Of a DNA stretch of 64,000 nt, positions 1 through 13,016 are shown in pieces. The stretch is from Laetmonice hystrix (Eukaryota). Under the pieces are notes generated by a model. The model did not search any database. It had not been told where the DNA came from and saw only the letters and a list, made by a program, of their open reading frames with translations. Positions within the stretch are counted from its first letter, which is position 1; every line of letters begins with the position of its first letter. The DNA lies in assembly GCA_965235115.1 (NCBI GenBank), contig OZ249436.1, forward strand, positions 37,264,001 to 37,328,000. Reading direction: 5' to 3'. The position numbers were made by a program, and so were the translations under genes.

Positions 1-1122
1 AACATCCCGGCTACGTTGAAGAACTGAAAAGCAAAAAGATTCAAACGAACCTAGTATTCGATTTCAAAAGGCAGGTTTGAATAGAACTGGCCCAGCACTG
101 ATCGTCAGCACACGAGCTCGGAAGTGGACCGTGGTGCACACACAGTACTGCAGCTTTTCTCTCCCTTTTTTAAAAATATGACTTACATAATTTGATGTTT
201 CGGATGGGATAATTACATCTTTTGACAGAAGGGCTTCGTTTCACTGCCTGTCATCTGACCCACCAGGTGCTTCGGTTTTATGCCTTCTTTCAGTTCCACG
301 TGCTGCATACTGTACATGTGTTTTTTAATCAGTGAATTCTGATGTGAAAAATTAACATGACACAATAGAATGCACATGTGTATTCACCGAAACGTCGAGT
401 CTTATACACAACTGTCTGCAAGTTCTTCCTTGAAGCAGAAAAATACATCGCCGGTGCTGACGAGATGCAGAAAACCGTTGGCATGACGACTTCGACTCCG
501 GGGAATGTCTTTTTACAACGAGGGTTGAATTGAGAAGAACAGTAGTTTTTGGGAGTAGGAAGGGGGGGGTTGTCTACGGAGAAGGATCGTGCACCTCTGA
601 CGAGACATGCTGCGTAAAAGATGAATGGAAAGGAAGCATGAATCTGCACACCTCTCAATGGCAATGTGATGATTGGGAGCGGTATTTGGAAAGCAGGAAA
701 GTTTCTCCAGCTTAACCAGCTTGTCCATCTCACAATTCCCATTTTTTTGCCAATGCCTTCCGATCATGTTTGCCGTCGTGATCTGTATGCTTGAGAGTAA
801 AACGGGAGAGAATACGATGTTAACGCCCGTTATATCACTTAAACGTAATTGTAGGGATAAATAGGAGAAAATATTGACTCGATCATGACGCAAATCAGAT
901 TCGAACATTTGCGCGGAGGGAGTGTCCATTCCTGCGTCAGGTATAAAAAAAAGCAACCAAAAAAAAACAACTCTGGACTAGTATTGAAAGGAGGATGCAC
1001 GCCATCCGTGGTCTTTGGAGGGGGGAAAACACACTTAATACTAGCCGCGTTAACGGCACAACTGAACTGCATGTTTGACGCAAGCACATGACCATCCCTT
1101 TACCACACTGAGGTAGGCATAC

Positions 1123-1272
1123 CTGTAATTCATTAATCGCTACCCAGCTATCGCTTGGCACGTCTTGCATCATTGGAACCAGCCACTGCAGACAGCCATT
1201 CCAATGGCCCAACAGCAGCATGAGCGCTACCAGGTTGAAGATTCTCATAAATTTACTAGCCACCGTGAGGAA
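1123..1272 (-). CDS. HCN: HCN/Ih channel exon: end of S4-S5 linker, S5 and start of pore turret ([50 protein letters not shown])
   Basis: 150 nt, phase 0-0. Acceptor GTTGGTTGCAG|TTC, donor CAG|GTATGC. Contains the HCN S5 signature [12 protein letters not shown] and follows in frame after the S4 exon ending QWEE. Confidence 0.96.
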
Positions 1273-4200
1273 CTGCAACCAACAGAGCAGAATGCTACAC
1301 AAGGTCCAAGCACACACTCAGCAAACACACTTTTTCCTATCGTTATCTTGCATCATTCTGTGTCTCTCTTAGGCTAGTAGCGGGTTTTCTGAGACAAAAC
1401 GGGTAACACACGCACTTATCTATCAAATCATCCTTTCAGACCCCATGCCATTCACAAAATGCAGGCCTAATAGTATTTCATTGATTTTCTTTTCCACTGT
1501 TCTTTTCTTTGCCACCGTTAAACAATTTGATTTTTTCACCAAAAAAAAAGTGCATATCCGAATGACATGGAAACGGCTGCCAATAACGTGACATGTATAA
1601 AGGCATGGGCCCCTTGGGATAGGAATTATAACTTATCCTCATACCTGCTTCAGCCGATCAGTTGATGCCTTCCCATGGATTAGGCTTGCAGTGAACTAAA
1701 GCCGCATTTACATAGGGTTTAAATGTCCCATTAGATTATATAACATATAAATCAAATCCCCTACTCCGCTTGTCTGTCTGCCTGTCTCTCTCTCCCTCTC
1801 GCTCTCTGTGGTGGGCATCGCATGAACTTCAGAGTGTTTCTATATCTGGTGTCAGCTACATACTAAAACATGCGCTGTCTTATCTTAACCATAATGGTGC
1901 AGTGGGAAATCTCGCGACCTTTTTACCAAGAGGTCTTAGTAAAATAAAGAACAAGTGTATATGTATACCATAACAGTAAATCATAAACTCAGTAAGTCAC
2001 GGTTCAAACCTGTACCCTCCTGCAAGGTAAAATTATCACAGATAGAGACGCTCTTAAAGTACAGAGACAACGGACTCAGAATTTTATCAGTATATATACA
2101 TATAATATTTATAGTAATCCATTCCAGATCCATTCCAAAAACTGCAACTTATTCCCGGGTAACACTGAAAAACAAAACAGCAAGACAATCTGCTCAAACG
2201 GGATGGGGGGGGGGAGGACTAATGGGAATGTCTGGAGAGGTTGAACTACAACAGAGACGACGTGCAAAGAAACTTAGAAAGGCTCCAAAGGTTAGTGATC
2301 TTGACTCAGGAGGACTGCGCCAGAATAGAAGGGATGCACGACAAAATGTTTGGCTCAGTTCCAGAGGCGATCTGAATGACAAGACTTATGTTCCGAAATT
2401 CATTCTTAAACTACGAAAGTGAGAGGAGATGAGTTCAAGTTATTTTTTTTATGGCAGGGATAACGTCACTAGCGGAAGCAGTTACTTGGCAACCGCTCAT
2501 CAGAAAACGATTCGGTGACGTCACAACATGACATTCGACAAGCATTGACCAGATTGGGTCATATGATTGCCTTAAAATGGAGGGTATATGGTAGTTTAAT
2601 TTCTAGCAGGTTAACTTTTAAATTTGATAACGGGGAACGTAACAGTGTAGCTTATCATTATTACAATTAAACGTTCAGATGCTGTTGGACATGATGTTGG
2701 AATTATTGCAACTAACCGTCGTACATATAGTTTTTTACGTTTGCATCTTAATTTAAACCATCTATAATCAAATCTCTGTACACCGTCTAGCTCTCTAAGA
2801 TTTCGTGCATTTCGCTAATCTTTAAAAAAACAACACTGCCAATAGAAAGTCGAGCAGCGGAGTGGTCTACAAGTAGTCGACCCGCTAACTATGACACCGA
2901 CATGCTCAAACATCGGACCCTTTTTTTGCGGGGGGACACAGGACTTCTAGGTAAAGTGAAAATCAAGACAGAATTTGGATAATAAATTCCCGACAGTCAT
3001 CATTCGAATTTGAACAAAACACAAATTAACGCATAAATTACATTGCAGAGCGTGTATATAGGATACACGGTACTAGCGTAGTCAGATAAATGTGGGAAAC
3101 CAGATGCTTTCAGAAACCCCACTACCTCGGCTAAAACTAAACAAGAATATAGATGTTCTTCACACTAGTAGGAGTTCATTTTCAAACGTGATTAAGAAAG
3201 CGACCGAAGGCACAGCTCAGAGGCGCAATTATTCAACCACACTCCAACATTAAGATCATGCACCGTTCTGTGTACAGGAAACACGCCAAGCCGACGGAAA
3301 ATTGTGTACACGTACAACAATTTGTTTCTTCAGAATAATTAGAACGGCATGCAATTTTGTCCGTGTCTACAGTACGTGCGTCGATTAAGACATCCAGCTC
3401 TGTTTTAAGTAAAGCATCTCCGAAACTTATCTAGGACCAGTTTTCATCTGGTCAGTGGTTTTAATATCAACACAACACGACTTATTTTTAAAAACTGAAC
3501 TGTGATGGTAAACTACAGAAATTCTGAACAATGCACTTCAACTATGTCTAGAACTGTGCTATAGTTGCCAATCACACCAAAGTGCTATCTTGTTTAAGGT
3601 GAAGAAAATTTGAGAGTACGAATAATCTAAATCTATGGAGTGATAATCTTTCATATCTGAAGGTGAAGGGAGGGTTTTTTTTAAATCGTAGTTTAGCAAC
3701 AACATGGTGCCGTTAATGGTGTTGGTTCAAAGATTCGGCGTCAAAATGGAATGACTAAAATGGGATTGGGTCGCTACTTGTATTCCATCCATAGTAACCA
3801 TGCCTTAAAACATAAGGCTGGTCGACAAAATTGTTTTCAAAGATTGCGATTTTGAGAAAAATAGCTCGCGGTTTTTCTTTAATAATATCAATATTGGCCA
3901 TGCTCCAAAGTTAAATTTATTGGATAAAACAGAAAAAAGTCTCCCTTGTACAATACACTACAAAATCTCAAGGTCTATCAACAGTACAACTTCTATTCTT
4001 TCTTTTATCTTCTTCAAAAACACGACCGGTTGGAGGCCTTAAAAAAACACGTTAAAAACTTTCAAACGGACTTCCAATAGGTCGAATGCCTGTCGCTACA
4101 ACGTCTTAAAGTATAAAAATCAACACAATCTCTTAGGTGCATTTACCGTACAGAGATGATGAGTAAATATTCCTAGTGTCAGAACAAGATGCTACTTACA

Positions 4201-7200
4201 TTGAAAGACGTGGACCCTTGCAGGAGCTTTCCGGGGAATCACAGAGTAAACAGGGTGTAAACGCAACATAGCATCTGGGATAGCAACATACAACACGGAA
4301 TTCGCATGTGAACATGAGGGACACGCTAAATTCTAAATTTGCTACAAGTAATCATTATACTTTAAGGGTTTTTTGTTTTATACCAACCATCATTGTTTTT
4401 ACTCTGTCAATTATGCTTTGATTGGCACTTTTTTCACAAAGGAAAGCAAAGGGAAGTGATAGTTGGAAAAGGCAATGTCACGGTGTCACAATGAATAGGA
4501 TTACATCAGGGATGTGGGTTGCATGGGCGAAAAGCCTCAGAGTTTCAGTAATATCTTTATTCCAGTTTTAATATTATTATGCACTCTCTACCACCTCCGA
4601 CTTTGCTGCAGAATGTTGTTGAAGCCACGATGGACCTGGTTACGGGATACTATGGCTAGTTTTTATTTCTTTTTAACAGTTTTATTTTTCGTGCGACACC
4701 CTACAGCTAAAAATTGAACTGAAGGCTATCACTGCTGAAATTGTCCTCACATAACCTCAGAGGTTGATTTTTCAAGCAGACACGGTAACAGATATAACAT
4801 CCTGCATGATCTTTTAATTTTTTTTAAACCCCACTGGTTCTGGGCATCTTATCAAAAATAGTTTGATTTTGAAGTTCCAGAGGTTTATGCTTTCTTACAA
4901 CTGATATGGACAGCCGCCACAACATGATGTCATTACAATTAAATAGATAAACGTAAAATTTACGCCATTCTTCCTTCTACGAATAGTAATTTTCTTTTCC
5001 AAAAATAAAAACTAGAACCGCACATTTTAATTCGTAAACTGCAAATGAAGAAAACTCTCACCAAAGAAAGGGAAGAGGAATATATGATAGTAGGCGAACG
5101 TATATTTTCTTGAGGCTGTCGTGTATGCAGGTAAAGGTGAACTGAATACCTGACCAAGTTCTGAGTCCGTCATCTTGAAATTCGGAGACACATGGGAACT
5201 AATTTTAGCTACCCAGCAGTCGGCGTATAGGTTAGAACCCCTTTTAAATACTCAGGTGCAAGAAACCACGCTAGGAATTACATTCCAATGGAACTAATCT
5301 AGCAGGTAAAAAAAAATCAGCAAATCCAACACACTCACACATCATGCAAGATAGGACACCTGCCATCGGGCAAGTTAATTGGTAATATAATTAATATAAT
5401 TATCTGTTCACACACCAATGAGAAACCTTTTCTACCTACCATATCCCCCCCCCCCCGCCCCTACGAGCGCATTAAGTGGTCTAAGTCGATGTATTCACCC
5501 TATATAGACCCAGAAATTAACCAGTAACACCAAGAACCTCACTCTAAAAATAAGCTATAAAAATGTATATCCCAAAATCAAATATCGTTATTTTCTTAAG
5601 AGAATTATAACCCTTACTAAAAGACCTTAACATTAGGCTACCAATAGTCAGGGAAATAATCATCCAGTAAAATACGACAAGAATACACCCTCACTTAAAT
5701 CTTAACGGATCAGAGCATAAAATGTTCCATGGCATTTGCACATCTTTTTTACCGTTTTAAAACACTTAGAAATAACGCATATTTCAGGTTTATTTCAATA
5801 ACCTCTTTCCATTTGATAAAGGAAATAATATTATCATCATCATAGGGATGCATGGGAAGGACGTTTTGATTTGGCACGGAATGAATTCACCCAAGTTGTG
5901 TTCATGCGAATATTGGCTCAATCTGCTGACCCGTGTGTTTACGGTCGGGTCGGACAATGGACGCAAATAGAACTGGCATGTCCATAGCGGAACCGTATGT
6001 GACCGGTTTGCCAAGTCCCCATGGAACTAACATCGGCATGTTCCTGTCCAAAATATAGAATGAACATTGCAACTACCCCCCCCCCCCCCCAAGTATAGCA
6101 CGCATCCAATCCTATTGTCAACTTCTTAAGATCTCATGTTAACATAGTGGGTATCTGAGAAATATAAACGTGACAATAACCTCCTTTGTCTAATCGCTTT
6201 ATGCGACTGCACTCGGCGGCGGAGGGTCATTCTATTGAAACTCCTTTTGGAAGGTCATTATCGATTGGATATAAAACGTGCATGAAAGACAAGATCTGCA
6301 AACAAGATCCTTGGCGAAATGCGCCATCGGCAGACTGGTTGTCTATCGATCTCATTGTGTATGGGGTGTGGGTGGGGGAGGGGGAGGGGTAATAACGCCG
6401 ATGAAAGCCCCCCCCCCCGACCGCCCCCTCATACTGTTCATCAATGATGCCGTCAATAAATCTTACACAACATGTTTTGTAGGTTTTTCTTTTTAAAGTT
6501 TTTGTGGATGTGTTTCTTTTTCCAGCACGTTTTATTATTACACGCTGTCTGGCACGTATGATTACACATGATCTCAGTCCCGACATTCATACAAAAAAGA
6601 CGGGCAGCGTTTGCGGCCTCTCGTGTTTCCACCAGAGGGAAAACCAGAGGGAAACAACTCGGTGACCATGCAGCCATCACAACGTTTAAAAAAAACCGTT
6701 TACCTAACTTTTTTTTTGCTGGTTATGTATCTGCCAGTGCTTCTGATTACTGGCTGATGTACAAGCATGAAAGCTATCACGCCCTTTTATAACTCGATAC
6801 CCGTCTTCAGAAGGATCGCTAGCTTTTAATCAAAGCCCTCTCCCACCCCCTTCAGGTTTCCCAATCATGGTTGAGCTTGATGGCAAGCACAGCCGTGGTG
6901 GTTCCATCGACCGACGTCGTACTGCTCGATACCTGGTCACATTACCGATTAACATCGGCACGAGTCGGAGACACGGCGACTGCTTTCTGACCAACCGGCC
7001 CGATAATTCAGGGTTCCAATATTACCACGTACGTCAGTCATGGACGTTAGGACTTTGATGTGCTTGGCACAAAGCGCTTGCGACTGTATTCTTAGTTTTA
7101 AAGGATCCCTCCACCGACATATAACAGTTCCGTGTTACACAGCCAGAAACAGTCTGTTGTGGAACCTGAAATAATTAACCGCTGGCCTTGTTTGAACTTT

Positions 7201-9226
7201 GGAGTATGTAAAAAGTATGTCTTGAAATTGCCGTTTCTTTGAGGCGGAGAAGAGAGGGATTCAGTGAACGCAACCATTTCATGTTCAAATTCCCTGCGTT
7301 TTCTCTGCGCCGCATTAAGTTGTCCTTGATCTAATATATGACTGCTAATCGTTGTTTTCATCAAATATTATTGTCTGGCTGTCAAATTTCCCCCTGCCCC
7401 CCCTGCAAAATAAAAATTATTCTTTTTTTTAATAACTTTTCTTTTGGGGAGGAGCATTTTTGCCTATGCATGTGCATGATCGCTCCGAATGAGGCAGACG
7501 AAGGTGACGATGATTCTGTTGATTCGAGCTACATCACCCAAGACAGCGCTCTTTCAGACCAATTTGACAATAACCCGTGCTTACACCAAGTCACGCACTT
7601 CACAATTCACCACAACTGCCTCGAATCCTGCACGGCCTTGTGTTCTCACTTCAATATTTCACTCAAGCCTACAATGGAAGATCCCAACTGCTGCTTTCTC
7701 TCCTGAGTTTTGTAACCTTTAAAAACAACCCTCTAATGTGCATGCCATTCACATTTGCAATAAAAGCCACATCTAAATAACCGCCAATATTGGGGAATGT
7801 CAAAATTCTCCTATAATATTTCCTCGTAACACCTTGGGTGTGGGGAACGGTCGACTCTGGCGGTTCTCTTTTTGCCGATTCCATAATTCGAGCAAACCAT
7901 GAGCCAGGGAGCACCATTCACTGTACGTCTGACAGCGACCATAACAGTCAGATGTCGGCAGCAGTGGTGTTGGCTTAAGCCACGACTGCGCAAAGGTGAA
8001 TGAAATCCGGCAGTCCTTTATGAAAACCCGACCATGCACGGCGTCAGAGCTTCAAGAACCTCACCTCTTTCTCTCACGTCATTTCTCCGTGAAGAAATCG
8101 AACAAAAGGATCGCCTGAAACGTATTTATAGCTATCGGGGATGAATTTGTGCCAAGATTGGCCGAGCTACCTGGAATGAAAAATGTAGCCATGAAAAGCT
8201 TTTCCCTGTGTGCTTGGTGGGTGGGCGGTCTCGTGGGGCTGCGGGTGGACACCTTCAAATGCATCCTGGCGCCTCCGATGGAAATTTATTCATTCAATGA
8301 GACACTCTGATTCGATTTTGATCTGGTTGTAATCCCTGACTGGGTTTTTAACACGGTGTAGAGTAGAGCTGAGATTGGCTCCGACATATGGCAGACGAGG
8401 GATTATATTTCTTGTAGGGCTAATGCGTCACCAACACGTTTATATTTTTATCCCCGGTGCGGATGGAAGACATTTACATACATTCAAGATGACAGATTTT
8501 CTCTCCGAAACTTTGCGTAGAGTTTGGTATACACCACCAATCACTGACGACCATCTGTTTCCGTATCGTAATCTGTCACATTTTTACTCCTTTGCTTTCA
8601 GTTTTAATTAGTTGCAAATGTTGTGCTTCACTGCGCACTCATGCTGGTTTATTGGTGAGAGCATCTCGTCCCATGAATAACACAAGGTCGCAAGTGACAT
8701 TTTGGTACTTTTGAGAAAATTGAATTTGAAACTTTGAGGAATTGAAAAAATCAGTCATTGAAGGAAATCCCCCCACAGTTGTATTTGCTACAGTAGGCCT
8801 AAGGGTTAGAAAGTTATATTTTCATTATTTGCCCCTGTGCACTAATATTGCCAAAAGAATTCTCAAAAAACTGCCAAAATTTCACTTGAGACCTTTTGCC
8901 TCTCAGTGTCTTTTGCCAGTACCATAGATGCACCACTTACGACCTATGGTGATTAAAGTAAAGGCTGTTTATTTTAGTATGGATATAGGTTTAAACCCAT
9001 GAGAGTTTACAGGAATGCTAAAACCGTACATTGGAAAAAATGGTTGTGTAATAAATACAAGAGGGCCATCAGGAACAGCTGTTTGAATTACATCACATAA
9101 AAACTGCAGATTCAATAAATTTATCAAAACTGCAGGAATTTCTCAAAGTGTTTCCTTTGTCAGTGCCACATTATTTATTTATTTACAATTTAAATCAAGT
9201 ACAAGATTTATGCATTATACTCATCC

Positions 9227-9452
9227 CAGGGCATCCGCCAGAGGGGGGGACGGGGGGATTTACCCCCCCCCCCATGATTGGGACATGAGGGGGATATCCC
9301 CCCCCCCCCCATAAATCTGCAGAGCAGTGTTTTTTTTAAGCTATTCTCGCTCTGAGAGGCCAGGAAAACGCATCTCCGCAGTTCATGAAAAAAATTTCTG
9401 GGGGAGGGCCCCCCCGTCCCCCCCCATTAATTATTTTCTGGCGGAAACCCTG
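9227..9452. mobile_element. MITE, CAGGG(TT/CA)TCCGCCAGA TIR family, 5-bp TSD CATCC, nested in 8667-9962
   Basis: Left CAGGGCATCCGCCAGA, right TCTGGCGGAAACCCTG, with CATCC on both flanks. Confidence 0.8.
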
Positions 9453-9723
9453 CATCCTCCACATTTCCTGTAAGCAGCTGCCAAGGATTGACCTACATAA
9501 ATCCTATTGTTACGAGGCTTCCAGCAACATATTGGTCATACTACTTACTCGAAATTTGCACTTTCTATTACACTACTAGGGTGAATCATCATCTGAGCAT
9601 AGTTTCACTTGCTACCATGTGATGGTCACATTACTACATTATCATGTCACTTGCCACCTTTGCTTACCAACTAAAGGGGGGCACCTCTGTAGTACTTCAT
9701 GGTGCAAAAAACAAACAAAAAAC

Positions 9724-9916
9724 CAGGCCCCGGTTTTTTTGTTACCTTTTCGTGTTTTTTGGAGTGTAAGACTCCGTGAGGCATGCTCATGGGGAGCAAG
9801 CTCACGGGGAATAAAAGAAAAAACCGAAAACGGTGAGTATGAGCTCATGCTGACCCTTGCTCAGCTCAGCTCACCCTTGCTCACGGTGGAAAAGTAAACA
9901 AAAAAAACGGGCCCAG
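9724..9916. mobile_element. Degenerate foldback MITE nested near the right end of 8667-9962
   Basis: GGCCCCGGTTTTTTTGTTACCTTTT pairs imperfectly with AAAAGTAAACAAAAAAAACGGGCC. Internal CGTGAG/CTCACG inverted motifs. Confidence 0.5.
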
Positions 9917-11142
9917 GTTTCACTAAGAATGTCACTTGCGACCTTGTGTTATTCATGGGACGATCTAGCTTAAAGCCATGTTCCTTCAGTTTCCCCATTT
10001 GATGCGAGTTCTGATATGTGCAACCACTCTAGGATAAAGATTGATCTCGCCTTTCTAACAACAACCTAAAAAACCTAAACCAAAGAAAGCGTCAGAAACC
10101 CATTTTAAAACCAAGGACCTAACTGTAATGTTTCAATGACATCAAACACCCCCCCCCCCTCCCCCACCCCCACCCTACCCGTTGCAAAGCTTGCAGCAAC
10201 ATTCAGATCCGTTGTCAGGAGATGATCAATCAGAAAGTTTCCCGCAAGCACCCGTAGTCGCAGTCTTTGCGACCGGTTTCCTCTTGCGATTCTGGTCACC
10301 TAAAGCATTCTTTGCGAAATGTGTTGGGTCCATGGACAATAATATATCTGTTCCCGTGGGCCAGCAATCACGACTAGGTATCCGACATCGATTCCGTGCC
10401 CAAGGCGAAGGTTGCTAATCAGGGCCAAGACTTGCCCTCAGACGGCGCGGAATGAATTGCACATTGTGTGCGCAATGCGTGCTGGCTACACCCATTGAGG
10501 GAAATTTATGAATGAAGTTGGCCCTCCATCATTTTCTTTCAGTCCATAATTAGAGGCTAAAGCTCCTTCCGTGTGGCGCCCTATCCGGTCAAGGGTCTGA
10601 CTTCTGGTGTATATCGATCCTATTGAGTACAAGGGGAGTGCGTCTGGGGGCAAAAAGAGGTTTCCACACAACCCAACTTATTTAAAGAGAAGGCGAGTGT
10701 TGACTGGCACATTCGTCAAAAACCTGATGTTGTTCTTACAGCACAGAATCGCCAATGTCATATATAATATATTTCTTAATCTACCTTGGAACAATGTTAT
10801 TTCGTGTACCAAGGTTTCAAAATCAATACTTAACGTACTTTGATGTCGAATGCTATCATTGTTACTGACGGCAAGGGGGATGCGGCTGAAGGGGTAGATC
10901 AAAGCTCCTTGTAAATGGATCTTTTTACCGGTAAGAAATCATCTTGGACTCGTCCTTCAACTGTGGTTAGGTTGTACATAATCGTATTCACACGTTCCAC
11001 CCACACAGCTTTCAGAAAGTCTTTAGAAAAAGTTTCTTTTTAAATATTTGTCGCGCAGAGTTGTCAGGGGCAGATCAAGGGGGGCTGGGACCCCCTCGCG
11101 GAATCACTGTTACTGCTGACTTTAACTTTAAAACCTCTGCTA

Positions 11143-11364
11143 AAACATATTGGTGTCATGCTGAGAGGGCCCCTTCGTTGACTTCTAAACACATTGGTGT
11201 CATGCTGAGAGGGCCCCTTCGTTGACTTCTAAAACACGTTGGTGTCATGCTGAGAGGCCCCCTTCGTTGACTTCTAAACACATTGGTGTCATGCTGAGAG
11301 GCCCCCTTCGTTGACTTCTAAACACATTGGTGTCATGCTGAGAGGCCCCCTTCGTTGACTTCTA
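11143..11364. repeat. 44-bp minisatellite, 5 copies
   Basis: Unit AAACACATTGGTGTCATGCTGAGAGG(G/C)CCCCTTCGTTGACTTCT repeated five times with few substitutions. Confidence 0.95.
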
Positions 11365-12434
11365 CTGGCTGCTCGCCCCCCGATACCAATGAAAATCCTA
11401 GGGCCGCGATATATAAAATATATTACAGCCAACGTTCTTATTTGCACCCCCCCCCCTCCTTTTTTTCTCGCTTACCTCTGCCTGTCTCTGTCTCTCCACC
11501 ATTATCCCTCGCGGACCTTAGTGGCTAAATTGACGGAGCCGGCCAATGTAAAAGCTGTTACCAGAAGTATGCCGTGTGGCACGTAAAACAGCTGTTCCCA
11601 CTTGTCGAAAAAAAAACAATAGGGAAGGTAAAATCTTGTTCCAGTAACTCCCTTTAATTTTAAATCTTAACGACCGTCTTGCATGATTTCAGCCCCCCCC
11701 CCCCCCAACCCCAAAAAAAGAGAATTCTATACAATCTAATATGCCTGACGGATCGACCTCTGCCGGGAGCGTAATGCTCGTACCCGAGAACCCACCTGTT
11801 CGGTTGTCGTTCGTTATTGACAATATTAGCACACTGAGGCCACTAAACGTTTCAATTTTCTTCAATCATGTAATTATTATAAGATACCAATAAACTAAGA
11901 TTTCCAGCAATGTGCTAACATACATATGGCATTCATACAGCGAGCGTATTGGAAGCAGTAGAACTTCTCTCCGCCAGACAATATCCTCTAAACGTAGTGC
12001 CCTGCACAGGGTCGTTTCTAACTCCTGATCCAGTAATACCTGCTGGATGATTCCGTATTGTGACATTTCCCTTTCCTCGACCTTATTACCCTTTCAATAG
12101 GGTTGATCCCCGTGAACTCTATTTGTCGCTTCAATATATATATATTATACCTTAAAAAAAACGATTTCAACCCTTGCAATTGACGTCCGCTTTCTTCCAA
12201 ACAAATTACCGGCCACCCTACATTGAGCTCTGACCCGTAGTCACATGGTACAAAGTCTAAATATCAACAGCGCTCTTATGCAGAAAATATTCTTTTCAAA
12301 TGTACTTTTTCTCTTCTTTCTTTCTTTCTTTCTTTCTCACGATGCAACGAGGAGAATCTCCTTGATGCAAGCTCTCTGCTATCCTGACATACTCCTCAGA
12401 AATCATAGCTACAAACTCTTCATACACCTTTAAG

Positions 12435-13016
12435 CTAAGATTAATAAAGGCGTTACGGCTCTACGGTATACGGTGTACGGCGTACGACATACGTAAACGG
12501 CACACGGAATGCAAGATTCCATAAATCCGGTTCACATGCGTTTTTGACGGAGCCGGTATAGGCACTGTAGGGCCTATAATAAAGTTTAAAAGAATTTTAT
12601 ACAGATGAGTTTTTGACCCACATATATACTATAAACCTATATAGGCTATAATATAGGGCCTAAAAAAACATATACAGCTTACCAGTTTTCTCAGGGATAT
12701 TCAGTGCCAAAGAAATGCTCTCCCATAGCCTTGCGTTCCTCAAGACTTGGTGATAGCCTCTATATGTGCTGTTGTACAGGACCGGGCGGCCTCTTACAAT
12801 TGCTTTAATTTCTACATAGTTTAGGGAGACACATTCCTTTTTGGCATCCTATACTTAGTTGACATGCATCAAAAGGACCACAATCTCTACGTGCTAATTG
12901 GAGATTCCCTTTCCGGCAGACGAAGGGATTCGCTTTCCGTACGTCGGACGCCGATCGCCGGTTCCGATTTTTGTTGTATGTCATAGAGCCATAACGCATT
13001 TATTATGCAATCTTAG
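12435..13016. mobile_element. Non-autonomous DNA transposon with imperfect ~30-bp TIRs
   Basis: CTAAGATT(--)AATAAAGGCGTTACGGCTCTA versus the reverse complement of TAGAGCCATAACGCATTTATTATGCAATCTTAG. No clear TSD. Confidence 0.6.

Larger units (their letters stand above)
8667..9962. mobile_element. Non-autonomous DNA transposon with 35-bp perfect TIRs and 4-bp TSD (Sola-like), containing nested MITEs
   Basis: CGTCCCATGAATAACACAAGGTCGCAAGTGACATT at 8667-8701 and its exact reverse complement at 9928-9962, flanked on both sides by ATCT. No transposase ORF. Confidence 0.85.

Noticed and set aside
937..1317. 126-aa ORF as a standalone gene
   Set aside because: Only 1123-1272 is HCN-like and it is bounded by splice sites. 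The rest is intron read-through.
5339..5359. 21-nt phase-0 microexon candidate; also strong donors at ~11475 and ~12683
   Set aside because: In-frame stop codons or no frame-preserving acceptor.
11143..11364. CRISPR-like regular repeats
   Set aside because: Units are contiguous with no unique spacers, there are no cas genes, and the context is a eukaryotic intron.
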